A stretch of 32,000 nucleotides of DNA, taken from assembly GCF_000025665.1 (NCBI RefSeq), contig NC_013926.1:930001-962000 (forward strand), written 5' to 3'. This DNA comes from Aciduliprofundum boonei T469 (GTDB taxonomy: Archaea; Thermoplasmatota; Thermoplasmata; Thermoplasmatales; Aciduliprofundaceae). Shown here piece by piece: positions 25,187 to 32,000 of this stretch (the stretch's first letter is position 1; the number at the start of each line of letters is the position of its first letter). The position numbers and the translations under genes were made by a program. A model generated the notes under the pieces. It was not told the origin of the DNA. It saw only the letters and a list, made by a program, of their open reading frames with translations, and searched no databases.

Positions 25187-25681
25187 ATGAATCTTTGGAA
25201 TTTAGAGATAAAGTACAAACCTATCGGAATAGTTCATTCTCCATTTAAAGAACCCAAGGGTGTGCCGATACAGCCAGAGGTAGCCAAAGGTATTAAAGGA
25301 ACAGTTGAAATCTTTTCTGAATATGAAGATGGGCTTAAAGATATTGAGGGTTTTTCACATATAATTATAATATCTCACTTTCATTTGGCTAAGGGCTTTA
25401 AATTGGTAGTCGTCCCATACATGGATAAAGAGAGCCATGGGGTTTTTGCTACCCGTGCTCCTGCAAGGCCAAATCCTTTAGGCATGTCTATTGTTAAGCT
25501 TGTAGGTAGGAAAGGAAATGTGCTCTACATTGAAGATGTAGATATTGTGGATGGCACTCCCGTGTTAGATATAAAACCCTATGTGCCCCAATTTGATGTC
25601 AGACCTGCTTACAAGATCGGATGGCTTGAGAAGAATATATATAAGCTGCCAGAAAAGAGAGATGATGGTAGATTTTCCTGA
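25187..25681 (+). CDS. TsaA/YaeB (TrmO) family SAM-dependent methyltransferase
   Basis: 164 aa with PIGIVHSPF, GFSHIIIISHFH, RAPARPNPLGMS and DGTPVLDIKPYVP motifs typical of the family. Confidence 0.8.
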   Translation: MNLWNLEIKYKPIGIVHSPFKEPKGVPIQPEVAKGIKGTVEIFSEYEDGLKDIEGFSHIIIISHFHLAKGFKLVVVPYMDKESHGVFATRAPARPNPLGMSIVKLVGRKGNVLYIEDVDIVDGTPVLDIKPYVPQFDVRPAYKIGWLEKNIYKLPEKRDDGRFS

Positions 25682-25737
25682 TGTCTTTTCCTACTTTCGC
25701 AATATCTTTTTAATCTTGTAAGCCATGCCTATAGAAG

Positions 25738-26598
25738 GTGATTGAGATGATTGATGAAATTGTTGAAGCCATAAGGAGGGCTGAGACAGAGCTTTCAGAA
25801 GACACAGTGCAAGCCCTCAAAAGGGCATATGAAAAAGAGACAAACGAGATGGCAAGGACCCAGCTCAAGGCCATAATTGAGAATTTTACAGTGGCAAAAA
25901 AAGGTTCTTTGCCAATGTGCCAAGATACAGGATTGCAGACATTCTTTATAGATATGGGCTACGATTTTCCATATCGTGCAGAATTGAAGAATGCGATAAC
26001 TGAGGCGGTTAGAAAAGCTACGAAGGAGATTCCTCTCAGACCAAATGCAGTGCATCCATTCCTGCACAAGAATTCTGGAGATAATACGGGGAGATTTGTG
26101 CCTTACATACACTGGGAATTGAGAGAGGGGGATGATGCAATTATCCATGTCATACCCAAGGGCGGTGGGAGTGAGAATATGAGCGGTCTTTACATGCTTC
26201 CTCCGGGCGTTGGAATAAAAGGAATAAAGAAGACGGTTATAGAGCATATATTCAAATCTGGTGGCAAGCCATGCCCACCTACAATAATAGGTGTGGGAAT
26301 AGGCGGAGGTGCAGATCTCGCTCTAACGCTTGCTAAGAAAGCTGCAATACTTAGGCCCATAGGCTCAAGACACGAGGAAGAGTTTGTGGCACAGCTTGAG
26401 GATGAACTATATGAGATGGCAAATAAACTTGGCATAGGGCCAATGGGTCTTGGAGGAGATACCACAGTGCTGGATGTACATGTGGAGTATGCGCACAGAC
26501 ATCCTGCAACCTTGCCTCTTGGAATTGTAACGCAATGCTGGGCTAACAGGAAGAGAAAGGTGCTTATTGATGCTAATGGCAAGGTGGAGGTGATCTAA
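25738..26598 (+). CDS. Class I (Fe-S) fumarate hydratase / tartrate-type hydro-lyase, alpha (N-terminal domain) subunit
   Basis: 286 aa with LPMCQDTG and KGGGSENMS motifs. The likely true start is ATG 25747, 6 nt after AAGGTG. Confidence 0.85.
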   Translation: MIEMIDEIVEAIRRAETELSEDTVQALKRAYEKETNEMARTQLKAIIENFTVAKKGSLPMCQDTGLQTFFIDMGYDFPYRAELKNAITEAVRKATKEIPLRPNAVHPFLHKNSGDNTGRFVPYIHWELREGDDAIIHVIPKGGGSENMSGLYMLPPGVGIKGIKKTVIEHIFKSGGKPCPPTIIGVGIGGGADLALTLAKKAAILRPIGSRHEEEFVAQLEDELYEMANKLGIGPMGLGGDTTVLDVHVEYAHRHPATLPLGIVTQCWANRKRKVLIDANGKVEVI

Positions 26599-27183
26599 AT
26601 GGAGTATCACGAAAAAACGCCTATAATGGATGCAAGGAAATACAAACTTGGCGATGTAATCTATGTCACTGGCGAGATTGTTCTTGCGAGGGATGAAGCT
26701 CATAAGAAACTGTTAGAAGAGGGTGCACCTTTAGATCTAAAAGGTTCGGTTATTTACCATTGTGGCCCTGTGGTGACAAAGAAGAATGGTGAATGGAAAG
26801 TTGTGGCTGCAGGACCTACCACGAGTATAAGGATGGAGATCTTCGAGGATGAATTCATTGCAAAGTTCCATCCTGGAATCATAGTAGGCAAGGGTGGAAT
26901 GGGCGAAAGAACACTCAAAGCTCTTAAAGAGCATGGGGCCGTGTATGCTGCGTACACAGGTGGCTGTGGTGCTCTTGCAGCTGAGAGAATAAAAGGAGTT
27001 AAAGAAGTGCATTTCCTTGATGAACTTGGTATACCTGAGGCAGTGTGGGTATTCAAAGTTGAAGAGTTCGGCCCGTTGGTTGTGACTATGGATGCACACG
27101 GAAATAGTTATTACGATAATGTGGACGAAGAGGCAAAGAAGAATTTGGACGCACTTTTGAAGAAGATTGAAAGTGAGAGTTAA
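26599..27183 (+). CDS. Class I fumarate hydratase / hydro-lyase beta (C-terminal domain) subunit
   Basis: 194 aa with GDVIYVTGEIVLARDEAHKKL, YHCGPV, AGPTTSIRME and GKGGMG motifs. The start abuts the alpha-subunit stop. Confidence 0.85.
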   Translation: MEYHEKTPIMDARKYKLGDVIYVTGEIVLARDEAHKKLLEEGAPLDLKGSVIYHCGPVVTKKNGEWKVVAAGPTTSIRMEIFEDEFIAKFHPGIIVGKGGMGERTLKALKEHGAVYAAYTGGCGALAAERIKGVKEVHFLDELGIPEAVWVFKVEEFGPLVVTMDAHGNSYYDNVDEEAKKNLDALLKKIESES

Positions 27184-27190
27184 TTTTTCT

Positions 27191-27212
27191 ATTATTTTTA
27201 AATTATTTTTAA
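27191..27212. repeat. Perfect tandem duplication of an 11-bp AT-rich unit (attatttttaa x2) in the convergent intergenic region; probable termination zone
   Basis: Read directly: 27191-27201 is identical to 27202-27212. It lies between the fumarase beta stop (27183) and the MFS stop (27235). Confidence 0.5.
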
Positions 27213-27234
27213 ATAAGGAATGAATAGAATATGT

Positions 27235-28662
27235 TTACTTTTTCCCGTTTTTCTTTTTAAACACTTCCAATATCCACAACGACAATATAGTGAGTCCCAA
27301 AAACACAACAGCGGAACCTGTGAATAAATAGGTGTATGCATCGTTGGTTGGAATTCGCATAGAATACGGGGGAATGGGCAGTCTTATGATGGTATAGTAA
27401 GTGTTCATAACAGTACCTGCTATGGCTGGACCCCAGGTAGCTCCAAAGTTTCTGAACAGGCTGTTTGCACCAGTGGCAACTCCCATTTTTCTGCGTTCAA
27501 CGCTGAATATAAGCACATTTATGAGCGAGACATTCATTAGAACAATACCCACGCTGACAAAAACGGTCATGGCGACAAATTCCCAGAGCGATGAGTTAGT
27601 GGCGTATTTTGCCATAGCCAGAAGACCAATAAACGCCATTGTTGCACCCAATACCGCAAAGAACTTCACGCCTGTTTTTGGCATCAACTTACCTGCAACA
27701 GGTGCAATTATAAGCATAACCACGGCGGTAGGTATCATAAGCAAACCTGTCTCGAGCACGGTTTTTCCAAATCCATATGGTGTAGGCATCTGGAAAAGGT
27801 AGGTGTCTGCTTGGCTCATCATTTGCATTCCAAATGCTGCAAGCATTATTCCAAAATTTGCTATAATTGGATTTCTGGAGGATATCACATCTATGGGAAT
27901 AAGTGGGTTTGGCTCTCTCTTTTCGATAAGCAATAGTATCAAAAATGAGATTGCGGAGATACCAAATAGGGATAGAGTTTGACTATTAAACCAGCCAAAT
28001 GTAGGGGCGCGGGTTACAGCTACCAATGCAGGAACTACGAATGAAATTAGTGCAAGCGTTCCTTTCCAATCAAACTCGGTTGGTGTGATATACCTACTCT
28101 CCCTTATAACCAGATAAGAAATTACAAGCATTAAAAAAGCAAATGGTGCAATACTATGGTATGTCCACCTCCATCCATAATTTTGTGATATATATGCACC
28201 AAGGGGCAACGCAATTACCATACCAACAGCGAACATTGCGCTTATTAATCCCTGAACCTGTGGTACCAGTTTTGGTGGGAACTCTTCACGAACTAATGAA
28301 AAGCCTAGGGGAAATATGGCCATACCTACTCCTTGTAATGCTCTGAAAAACAGGAGCCACTGATATGTTGGTGCGAATCCATTTAAGGTTACGCCCGTTG
28401 TATAGAATATTAAGGCAATTAAAAACATCTTCTTTTTACCGAACATATCTCCGAGCTTGCCCATGATTGCAACGCTTACGGTGCCTACAAGAAGATAAAT
28501 GGATAGTATCCAGCTTGCATCGCTGGGCGTTATATTAAAATCCTTTTGGATTGTTGGAAGCGATGGAATGAGCACTGCCTCGGTGTACATCACAATAAGG
28601 GGCAGAAATACGAAGATTGCAGCCGCCTTCTTTGCGTATTTCAAGTCATAAATTTCTTCCAT
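27235..28662 (-). CDS. MFS transporter, DHA2 (EmrB/QacA-like, about 14 TMS) family
   Basis: Multiple hydrophobic helices and the motif A GKLGDMFGKKKM. Start set at ATG 28662 (MEEIYDLKYAKK...), preceded by a GGTGA SD. The track start at 28725 adds 21 atypical residues. Confidence 0.8.
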   Translation of the reverse strand: MEEIYDLKYAKKAAAIFVFLPLIVMYTEAVLIPSLPTIQKDFNITPSDASWILSIYLLVGTVSVAIMGKLGDMFGKKKMFLIALIFYTTGVTLNGFAPTYQWLLFFRALQGVGMAIFPLGFSLVREEFPPKLVPQVQGLISAMFAVGMVIALPLGAYISQNYGWRWTYHSIAPFAFLMLVISYLVIRESRYITPTEFDWKGTLALISFVVPALVAVTRAPTFGWFNSQTLSLFGISAISFLILLLIEKREPNPLIPIDVISSRNPIIANFGIMLAAFGMQMMSQADTYLFQMPTPYGFGKTVLETGLLMIPTAVVMLIIAPVAGKLMPKTGVKFFAVLGATMAFIGLLAMAKYATNSSLWEFVAMTVFVSVGIVLMNVSLINVLIFSVERRKMGVATGANSLFRNFGATWGPAIAGTVMNTYYTIIRLPIPPYSMRIPTNDAYTYLFTGSAVVFLGLTILSLWILEVFKKKNGKK

Positions 28663-28850
28663 GCAATCACCGCTTACTCTTTTGGTGAAAGAAAAGGTAA
28701 TAAATAAAGTTGTATCATTTCTCACAAATCATATTAAAGTATGCTTCTGATAAAATTAAAATCATATTTACAAATGAAATGTAATGAAAATAGTTAAAAT
28801 CCAAACGGCTTTATTATAAGAAAGTGGGGGCACTGGGTCTAACATGTGCA

Positions 28851-29813
28851 TCACCCACTAGCTTCACCTCCTTTGTTTTTAGTTTTCTCTTTCACCTTCT
28901 TATATTCATCTCTAACAAAATCCAGATCATACTCTGCATAGTATTTTCGGGTAGTCTCTAAATCATGGTGCCCCACTTGGCGAGCCACCGCTTCAATTCT
29001 TGCCCTAGCCTTGACCCACTGACGGATATAAGTATGTCTAAACTTGTGAAGACCAAATGATTTTTGAAGCTCAGGATCGTGCTTCTCAAGGTATTTGTAA
29101 ATGCGATTGTAAATTGTTCTTGCTCTTTTATCCAATGGTTCAATTACCCCATTCTTCTTTCGCTTGAAAAAGAGCGAGTTAAGTGTGTTCTCACCCATTA
29201 CCTTACGATACTCCATATATTTGTCATAGACCTCTTTGTACCTCTGCAGGATCTCTTTAAGTTCCTTGGGCATCATAACAGTACGAGCTATGCCTTGCTT
29301 TGCTACATCCTCCCTTATGGATATTTCCTCGCTATCAAAATCTATATCTTCCCATGTAAGTCCACCCGCCTCAGCGGATCTCATTCCAGTGTAGGCAAGT
29401 ATCCAGATGTAAACCTTGTTCTGGAAACTGATAATATCATTCTCTGAGAATAGATTTAGGAGTTTTTCTAGCTCCTCATCCTTATAGTACTTGTGAAGTT
29501 TCTTAACTCTCTTAGGTGTATTTAGCTTCATATAATAGGTGTTTGGATTTCTGCAAAATTCTAGAAATCGTACAACATCTCCATATGTTCTGCTTATGTA
29601 ATTTTGATCATACCCTTTTCTCCTCATCCACACAAGGAATCTTAGAAGATCCTCTTCAGTAAGCACTTGAGGATCTGGAAGCGGTGTTTTATTTTCCTCC
29701 TTCCAGAAATTTTCAAAGAGTTTAAGCCTCTTTTTATAGGTTCTTAGGGTTTCAGGATCTCTGGCAGCATCCATCTTGAGAAAAAACTTATCCTTCCAAT
29801 TTTCCCACATCAT
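28851..29813 (-). CDS. Tyrosine recombinase / phage-type integrase (intact, not split)
   Basis: The catalytic pattern is present: YTGMRSAE (Arg), HKFRHTY (H-x-x-R), GHHDLETTRKYY (His...Tyr). Start set at ATG 29813 (MMWENWK...), 7 nt after GGAGGTG and just past the upstream stop. Confidence 0.85.
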   Translation of the reverse strand: MMWENWKDKFFLKMDAARDPETLRTYKKRLKLFENFWKEENKTPLPDPQVLTEEDLLRFLVWMRRKGYDQNYISRTYGDVVRFLEFCRNPNTYYMKLNTPKRVKKLHKYYKDEELEKLLNLFSENDIISFQNKVYIWILAYTGMRSAEAGGLTWEDIDFDSEEISIREDVAKQGIARTVMMPKELKEILQRYKEVYDKYMEYRKVMGENTLNSLFFKRKKNGVIEPLDKRARTIYNRIYKYLEKHDPELQKSFGLHKFRHTYIRQWVKARARIEAVARQVGHHDLETTRKYYAEYDLDFVRDEYKKVKEKTKNKGGEASG

Positions 29814-29817
29814 AAGT

Positions 29818-30042
29818 CTACACCTCCATTGCCTCGGTATATACGGTTTTCTTTCCATTGATGTAACCTCTTTTCTTATTGATCTTCTCCCATATTTCGG
29901 GGTGATGATACCTGAGGTGATTTCTTCGCTCTGAAGAATGCACTATTTCTCCGCAATAAACGCATCTATAGTACTTTCCAGAGCGGTCTAGATAGTACGG
30001 GTAGAAGTGAGCCCACAATTCACTTCTTTTCCCAACACTCAT
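29818..30042 (-). CDS. Small C2H2 / BED-like zinc-finger protein
   Basis: 74 aa. SELWAHF...YRCVYCGEIVHSSERRNHLRYHH contains C-x2-C-x11-H-x3-H preceded by W/F aromatics. It lies immediately upstream of the integrase. Confidence 0.6.
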   Translation of the reverse strand: MSVGKRSELWAHFYPYYLDRSGKYYRCVYCGEIVHSSERRNHLRYHHPEIWEKINKKRGYINGKKTVYTEAMEV

Positions 30043-30179
30043 TTTAAAGCCTCCTCAGGCTGATATGAATATAATCTTCTCTTCTCCATAAATCCCACTT
30101 TACCTATGCTCCAAAATCGCTTGGTTTCGTAGAGATTTATTAATTCTTCATACATTCGAACCCTAGATATCAGTCTCAT
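30039..30179 (-). CDS. Putative 46-aa ORF, translationally coupled to the zinc-finger gene
   Basis: Not in the track because it is under 60 aa. Manual translation gives MRLISRVRMYEELINLYETKRFWSIGKVGFMEKRRLYSYQPEEALK. An AGGTGA SD lies 6 nt upstream, and there is an ATGA overlap with the downstream gene. Confidence 0.35.
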   Translation of the reverse strand: MRLISRVRMYEELINLYETKRFWSIGKVGFMEKRRLYSYQPEEALK

Positions 30180-30358
30180 CACACTCACCTTTCACTAATG
30201 ACATGTGAAAAGTAATATATAAACTTTTTTCAAAAGTCAAAAGTGAAATTAGAAAATATATTTATAAAAGGTGCTATATTCTAAAAGATAGCATTTTCCC
30301 ATGAGAATTGACATTTTGAATAGAAAAAGTTATATATTTCAAAAGTCTTATTTGACAT

Positions 30359-30919
30359 GTGGAAAAAGATAGTATTTGGAAAAAGAAGAACATCGTTCCC
30401 CTGTTAACCAGCCTTTTAGATGGAAAGAAGAAAATGAGCGAATTACTGAAGGTGATTCCCAACTACATGACTATAAAAGCTTACATTTCTGAACTTGAAG
30501 AAAAAGGATATGTAAAAACTCAAGAAAAGTTTGAAGGAAGAAAAGTTATTTATGTTGAGCTCACAGAGAAGGGGAGGGCTGTAGCAGAGAAATTGAAAGA
30601 AGCTGAGGAAGTTATCACAATGACCCCAGAAGAGCTAGAGGCCCAGAGAAAGAGAATCCACTGGATTGTGGACATAAACACCTATGCTGACCATATAACC
30701 GCTTATGATATCCACGATGGAAAGAAAGAAACTTTTAACATCTGGCTCAAGCCAAATGGGAAGTATTTGCTTCTCTATTGCGACCGTTGCCATTCTTATG
30801 ATTGCTACCATATTGATTGGGCCGTGCACGATCCTGTGATAGGCCCAGAGCTCAAGGAAATTGCAGATGAGAAAGGTCTCAAAATCAAATATCTGGAAGA
30901 TGAGAATGAGGAAGAATGA
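30359..30919 (+). CDS. Winged-helix DNA-binding protein with a C-terminal Cys/His (SWIM-like CxxC...CxH) motif
   Basis: The 186-aa protein has an N-terminal half (LLDGKKKMSELLKVIPNYMTIKAYISELEEKGYVKTQEKFEGRKVIYVELTEKG) that looks like a MarR/ArsR-type wHTH. The C-terminus has YCDRCHSYDCYHIDWAV. The GTG start lies about 26 nt after the TATA-like ttatatat, so the transcript may be leaderless. Confidence 0.6.
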   Translation: MEKDSIWKKKNIVPLLTSLLDGKKKMSELLKVIPNYMTIKAYISELEEKGYVKTQEKFEGRKVIYVELTEKGRAVAEKLKEAEEVITMTPEELEAQRKRIHWIVDINTYADHITAYDIHDGKKETFNIWLKPNGKYLLLYCDRCHSYDCYHIDWAVHDPVIGPELKEIADEKGLKIKYLEDENEEE

Positions 30920-31095
30920 ACATTAAAGCTCTTATCCTCTTTGTTGCTTTATTTCTTCTCTTTCACTCTTTCGCAGCTTGCCTTTTTTGGCTCTGGACAA
31001 ATGGGTTTGAAGAGGGATTACAATATGGCATTGCAGTACTTCTCGGATTCTGGCTATTTTATGGCTGGATACTCATCCTTGCAGTCAAATCTTGA
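30916..31095 (+). CDS. Putative 59-aa two-TM membrane protein
   Basis: Not in the track. Manual translation gives MNIKALILFVALFLLFHSFAACLFWLWTNGFEEGLQYGIAVLLGFWLFYGWILILAVKS, which contains two clear hydrophobic helices. It has an ATGA overlap with the upstream stop. It is preferred over the overlapping 65-aa track ORF 30941..31138. Confidence 0.45.
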   Translation: MNIKALILFVALFLLFHSFAACLFWLWTNGFEEGLQYGIAVLLGFWLFYGWILILAVKS

Positions 31096-31155
31096 GTTAT
31101 CCATTCTCTCACACACCCCGAAAAACATTAATATTTAGAATAGATATTATTACCT

Positions 31156-31701
31156 ATGAGTAATAAACTTCATGAAGAGGTTAAAAAATATATAATTGCA
31201 GTGTTGAGACATTATGGTTTTAATGCCCAAATAATAGATTGGGAAATAGATAATCAGCAAAAAATTATTTGCGCTGGTAAGTGCGAGCTTGAGAATCTCT
31301 GTAATGATTATGATATAGAAATTGTGATAGATGAAACTGCGGATATAGAGGGAGATATTGAGATACTCTCTGAAACTCAATCTGATTTAAAGTTTATAAT
31401 TTCTCCAGAGTACAACGAATCTATTTCATTACCAGAGGATATTTATGGAGTACGACCTGAGTCCTTTGAGAATATACTCCGCAGCATTCTAAAAATACCC
31501 GAAAATTACGCACCATACACAAATCCAAAGTTAACTAGAGAAATTATAAGAAAATATGGAGAAGAAATTCTATATGAAATTGGAAGAAACCCGCAAGAGA
31601 TAATGAACACCCCTGAATTCGAGGGTATAGTTACAGAACTTTTAAAAATATACAAAGATACAGATGAATCATTAGCCATAAAATGGCTAAACAAGATCTG
31701 A
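31156..31701 (+). CDS. Hypothetical acidic protein (element-borne)
   Basis: 181-aa ORF with no recognisable motif, co-oriented and overlapping with the next ORF. Confidence 0.55.
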   Translation: MSNKLHEEVKKYIIAVLRHYGFNAQIIDWEIDNQQKIICAGKCELENLCNDYDIEIVIDETADIEGDIEILSETQSDLKFIISPEYNESISLPEDIYGVRPESFENILRSILKIPENYAPYTNPKLTREIIRKYGEEILYEIGRNPQEIMNTPEFEGIVTELLKIYKDTDESLAIKWLNKI

Positions 31702-32000
31702 AAGATATTCTAAAAAAGAGATATGAGATGCCAGATGAGGAGTGGGATAAAATTTTAGATGATATAGAGAACTTTAAAAAAGATATGGAAAAAGAAGGAT
31801 TTCCTCACTTTGTAGATAAAGCAGCAGAAATACTGCTAAGAATTTATTCGACTAATAAGATATTAATTAGAGATATTTCTATTCCTGCTCATACTCCTGA
31901 AAATCAGAATATATCACCAATATTAGCCGTATTATTCAAGCTTGGATATATCAAGGAGGTAGAAAGTAAAAGGTATCACACACAAAGAAGATATCTATTT
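31683..32000 (+). CDS. Hypothetical protein, N-terminal part (open to the window end)
   Basis: Manual translation from ATG 31683 gives MAKQDLKDILKKRYEMPDEEWDKILDDIENFKKDMEKEGFPHFVDKAAEILLRIYSTNKILIRDISIPAHTPENQNISPILAVLFKLGYIKEVESKRYHTQRRYLF. There is no stop before 32000, and it overlaps the previous gene by 19 nt. Confidence 0.5.
   Translation, partial: MAKQDLKDILKKRYEMPDEEWDKILDDIENFKKDMEKEGFPHFVDKAAEILLRIYSTNKILIRDISIPAHTPENQNISPILAVLFKLGYIKEVESKRYHTQRRYLF

Larger units (their letters stand above)
28726..32000. mobile_element. Left portion of an integrated element (plasmid- or provirus-like) with an intact tyrosine integrase; right end outside the window
   Basis: The region holds an integrase, a Zn-finger protein, a wHTH protein and several small overlapping ORFs with no recognisable housekeeping function. 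It appears more AT-rich than the metabolic genes and has a divergent promoter region. The boundary is placed only approximately, in the 28726-28850 intergenic gap; no att repeat could be verified. Confidence 0.55.

Noticed and set aside
30941-31138. 65-aa plus-strand ORF from the track
   Set aside because: The overlapping 59-aa frame starting at 30916 has an ATGA overlap with the upstream stop and encodes two clean TM helices. The 65-aa frame has neither feature.
1-32000. CRISPR arrays, transposases/IS elements, or long direct repeats
   Set aside because: Scanning the intergenic regions by eye found no regularly spaced repeats or IS-like terminal inverted repeats. The only repeats seen were the 11-bp tandem duplication at 27191-27212 and the short promoter-region motifs, both reported separately.

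Overview
Archaeal chromosomal window. The evidence is a TATA-binding protein gene, an archaeal-type 5S rRNA, two tRNAs, AT-rich TATA-like boxes about 25-40 nt upstream of genes, and GGAGGTG/GGTGAT Shine-Dalgarno-like motifs inside operons. The lineage cannot be fixed from the sequence alone.

Layout:
(1) 1-3338: a partial MFS transporter lies divergent from a citDEF citrate-lyase operon.
(2) 3375-6654, all on the minus strand: an unlinked 5S rRNA, tbp, tRNA-Gly(GCC), tRNA-Ser(CGA), two translationally coupled coiled-coil proteins, and a plant-type asparaginase.
(3) 6897-23477: a 16.6-kb run of 13 tightly packed plus-strand genes. In order these are hdrC, hdrB, a 1105-aa HdrA carrying a nested GltD/NfnB-like NAD(P)H module, an 848-aa tandem degenerate HdrA, mvhD, an AsrA/HydB-like Fe-S protein, an SdhB-like Fe-S protein, a fumarate-reductase-type flavoprotein, a degenerate CCG (LutA/HdrB-like) protein, a LutB-like protein, malic enzyme, and sucCD.
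(4) 23529-28662: a surface protein, a TrmO-family protein, a two-subunit class I fumarase, and a DHA2 MFS transporter.
(5) About 28.7-32.0 kb: the left part of an integrated mobile element. It carries an intact tyrosine integrase, a C2H2/BED-like zinc-finger protein, a wHTH protein, and small overlapping ORFs, and it runs off the window.

The main candidate for something new is the Hdr/NfnB-like/MvhD/fumarate-reductase/Lut-like supercluster. It sits among citrate lyase, malic enzyme, fumarase and succinyl-CoA synthetase genes. I read it as a possible soluble, flavin-based electron-bifurcating fumarate-reducing system; this is inference, not shown by the sequence.

No CRISPR array, transposase or in-frame selenocysteine codon was seen. 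All protein family calls come from motif recognition by eye on the supplied translations; no searches were run.
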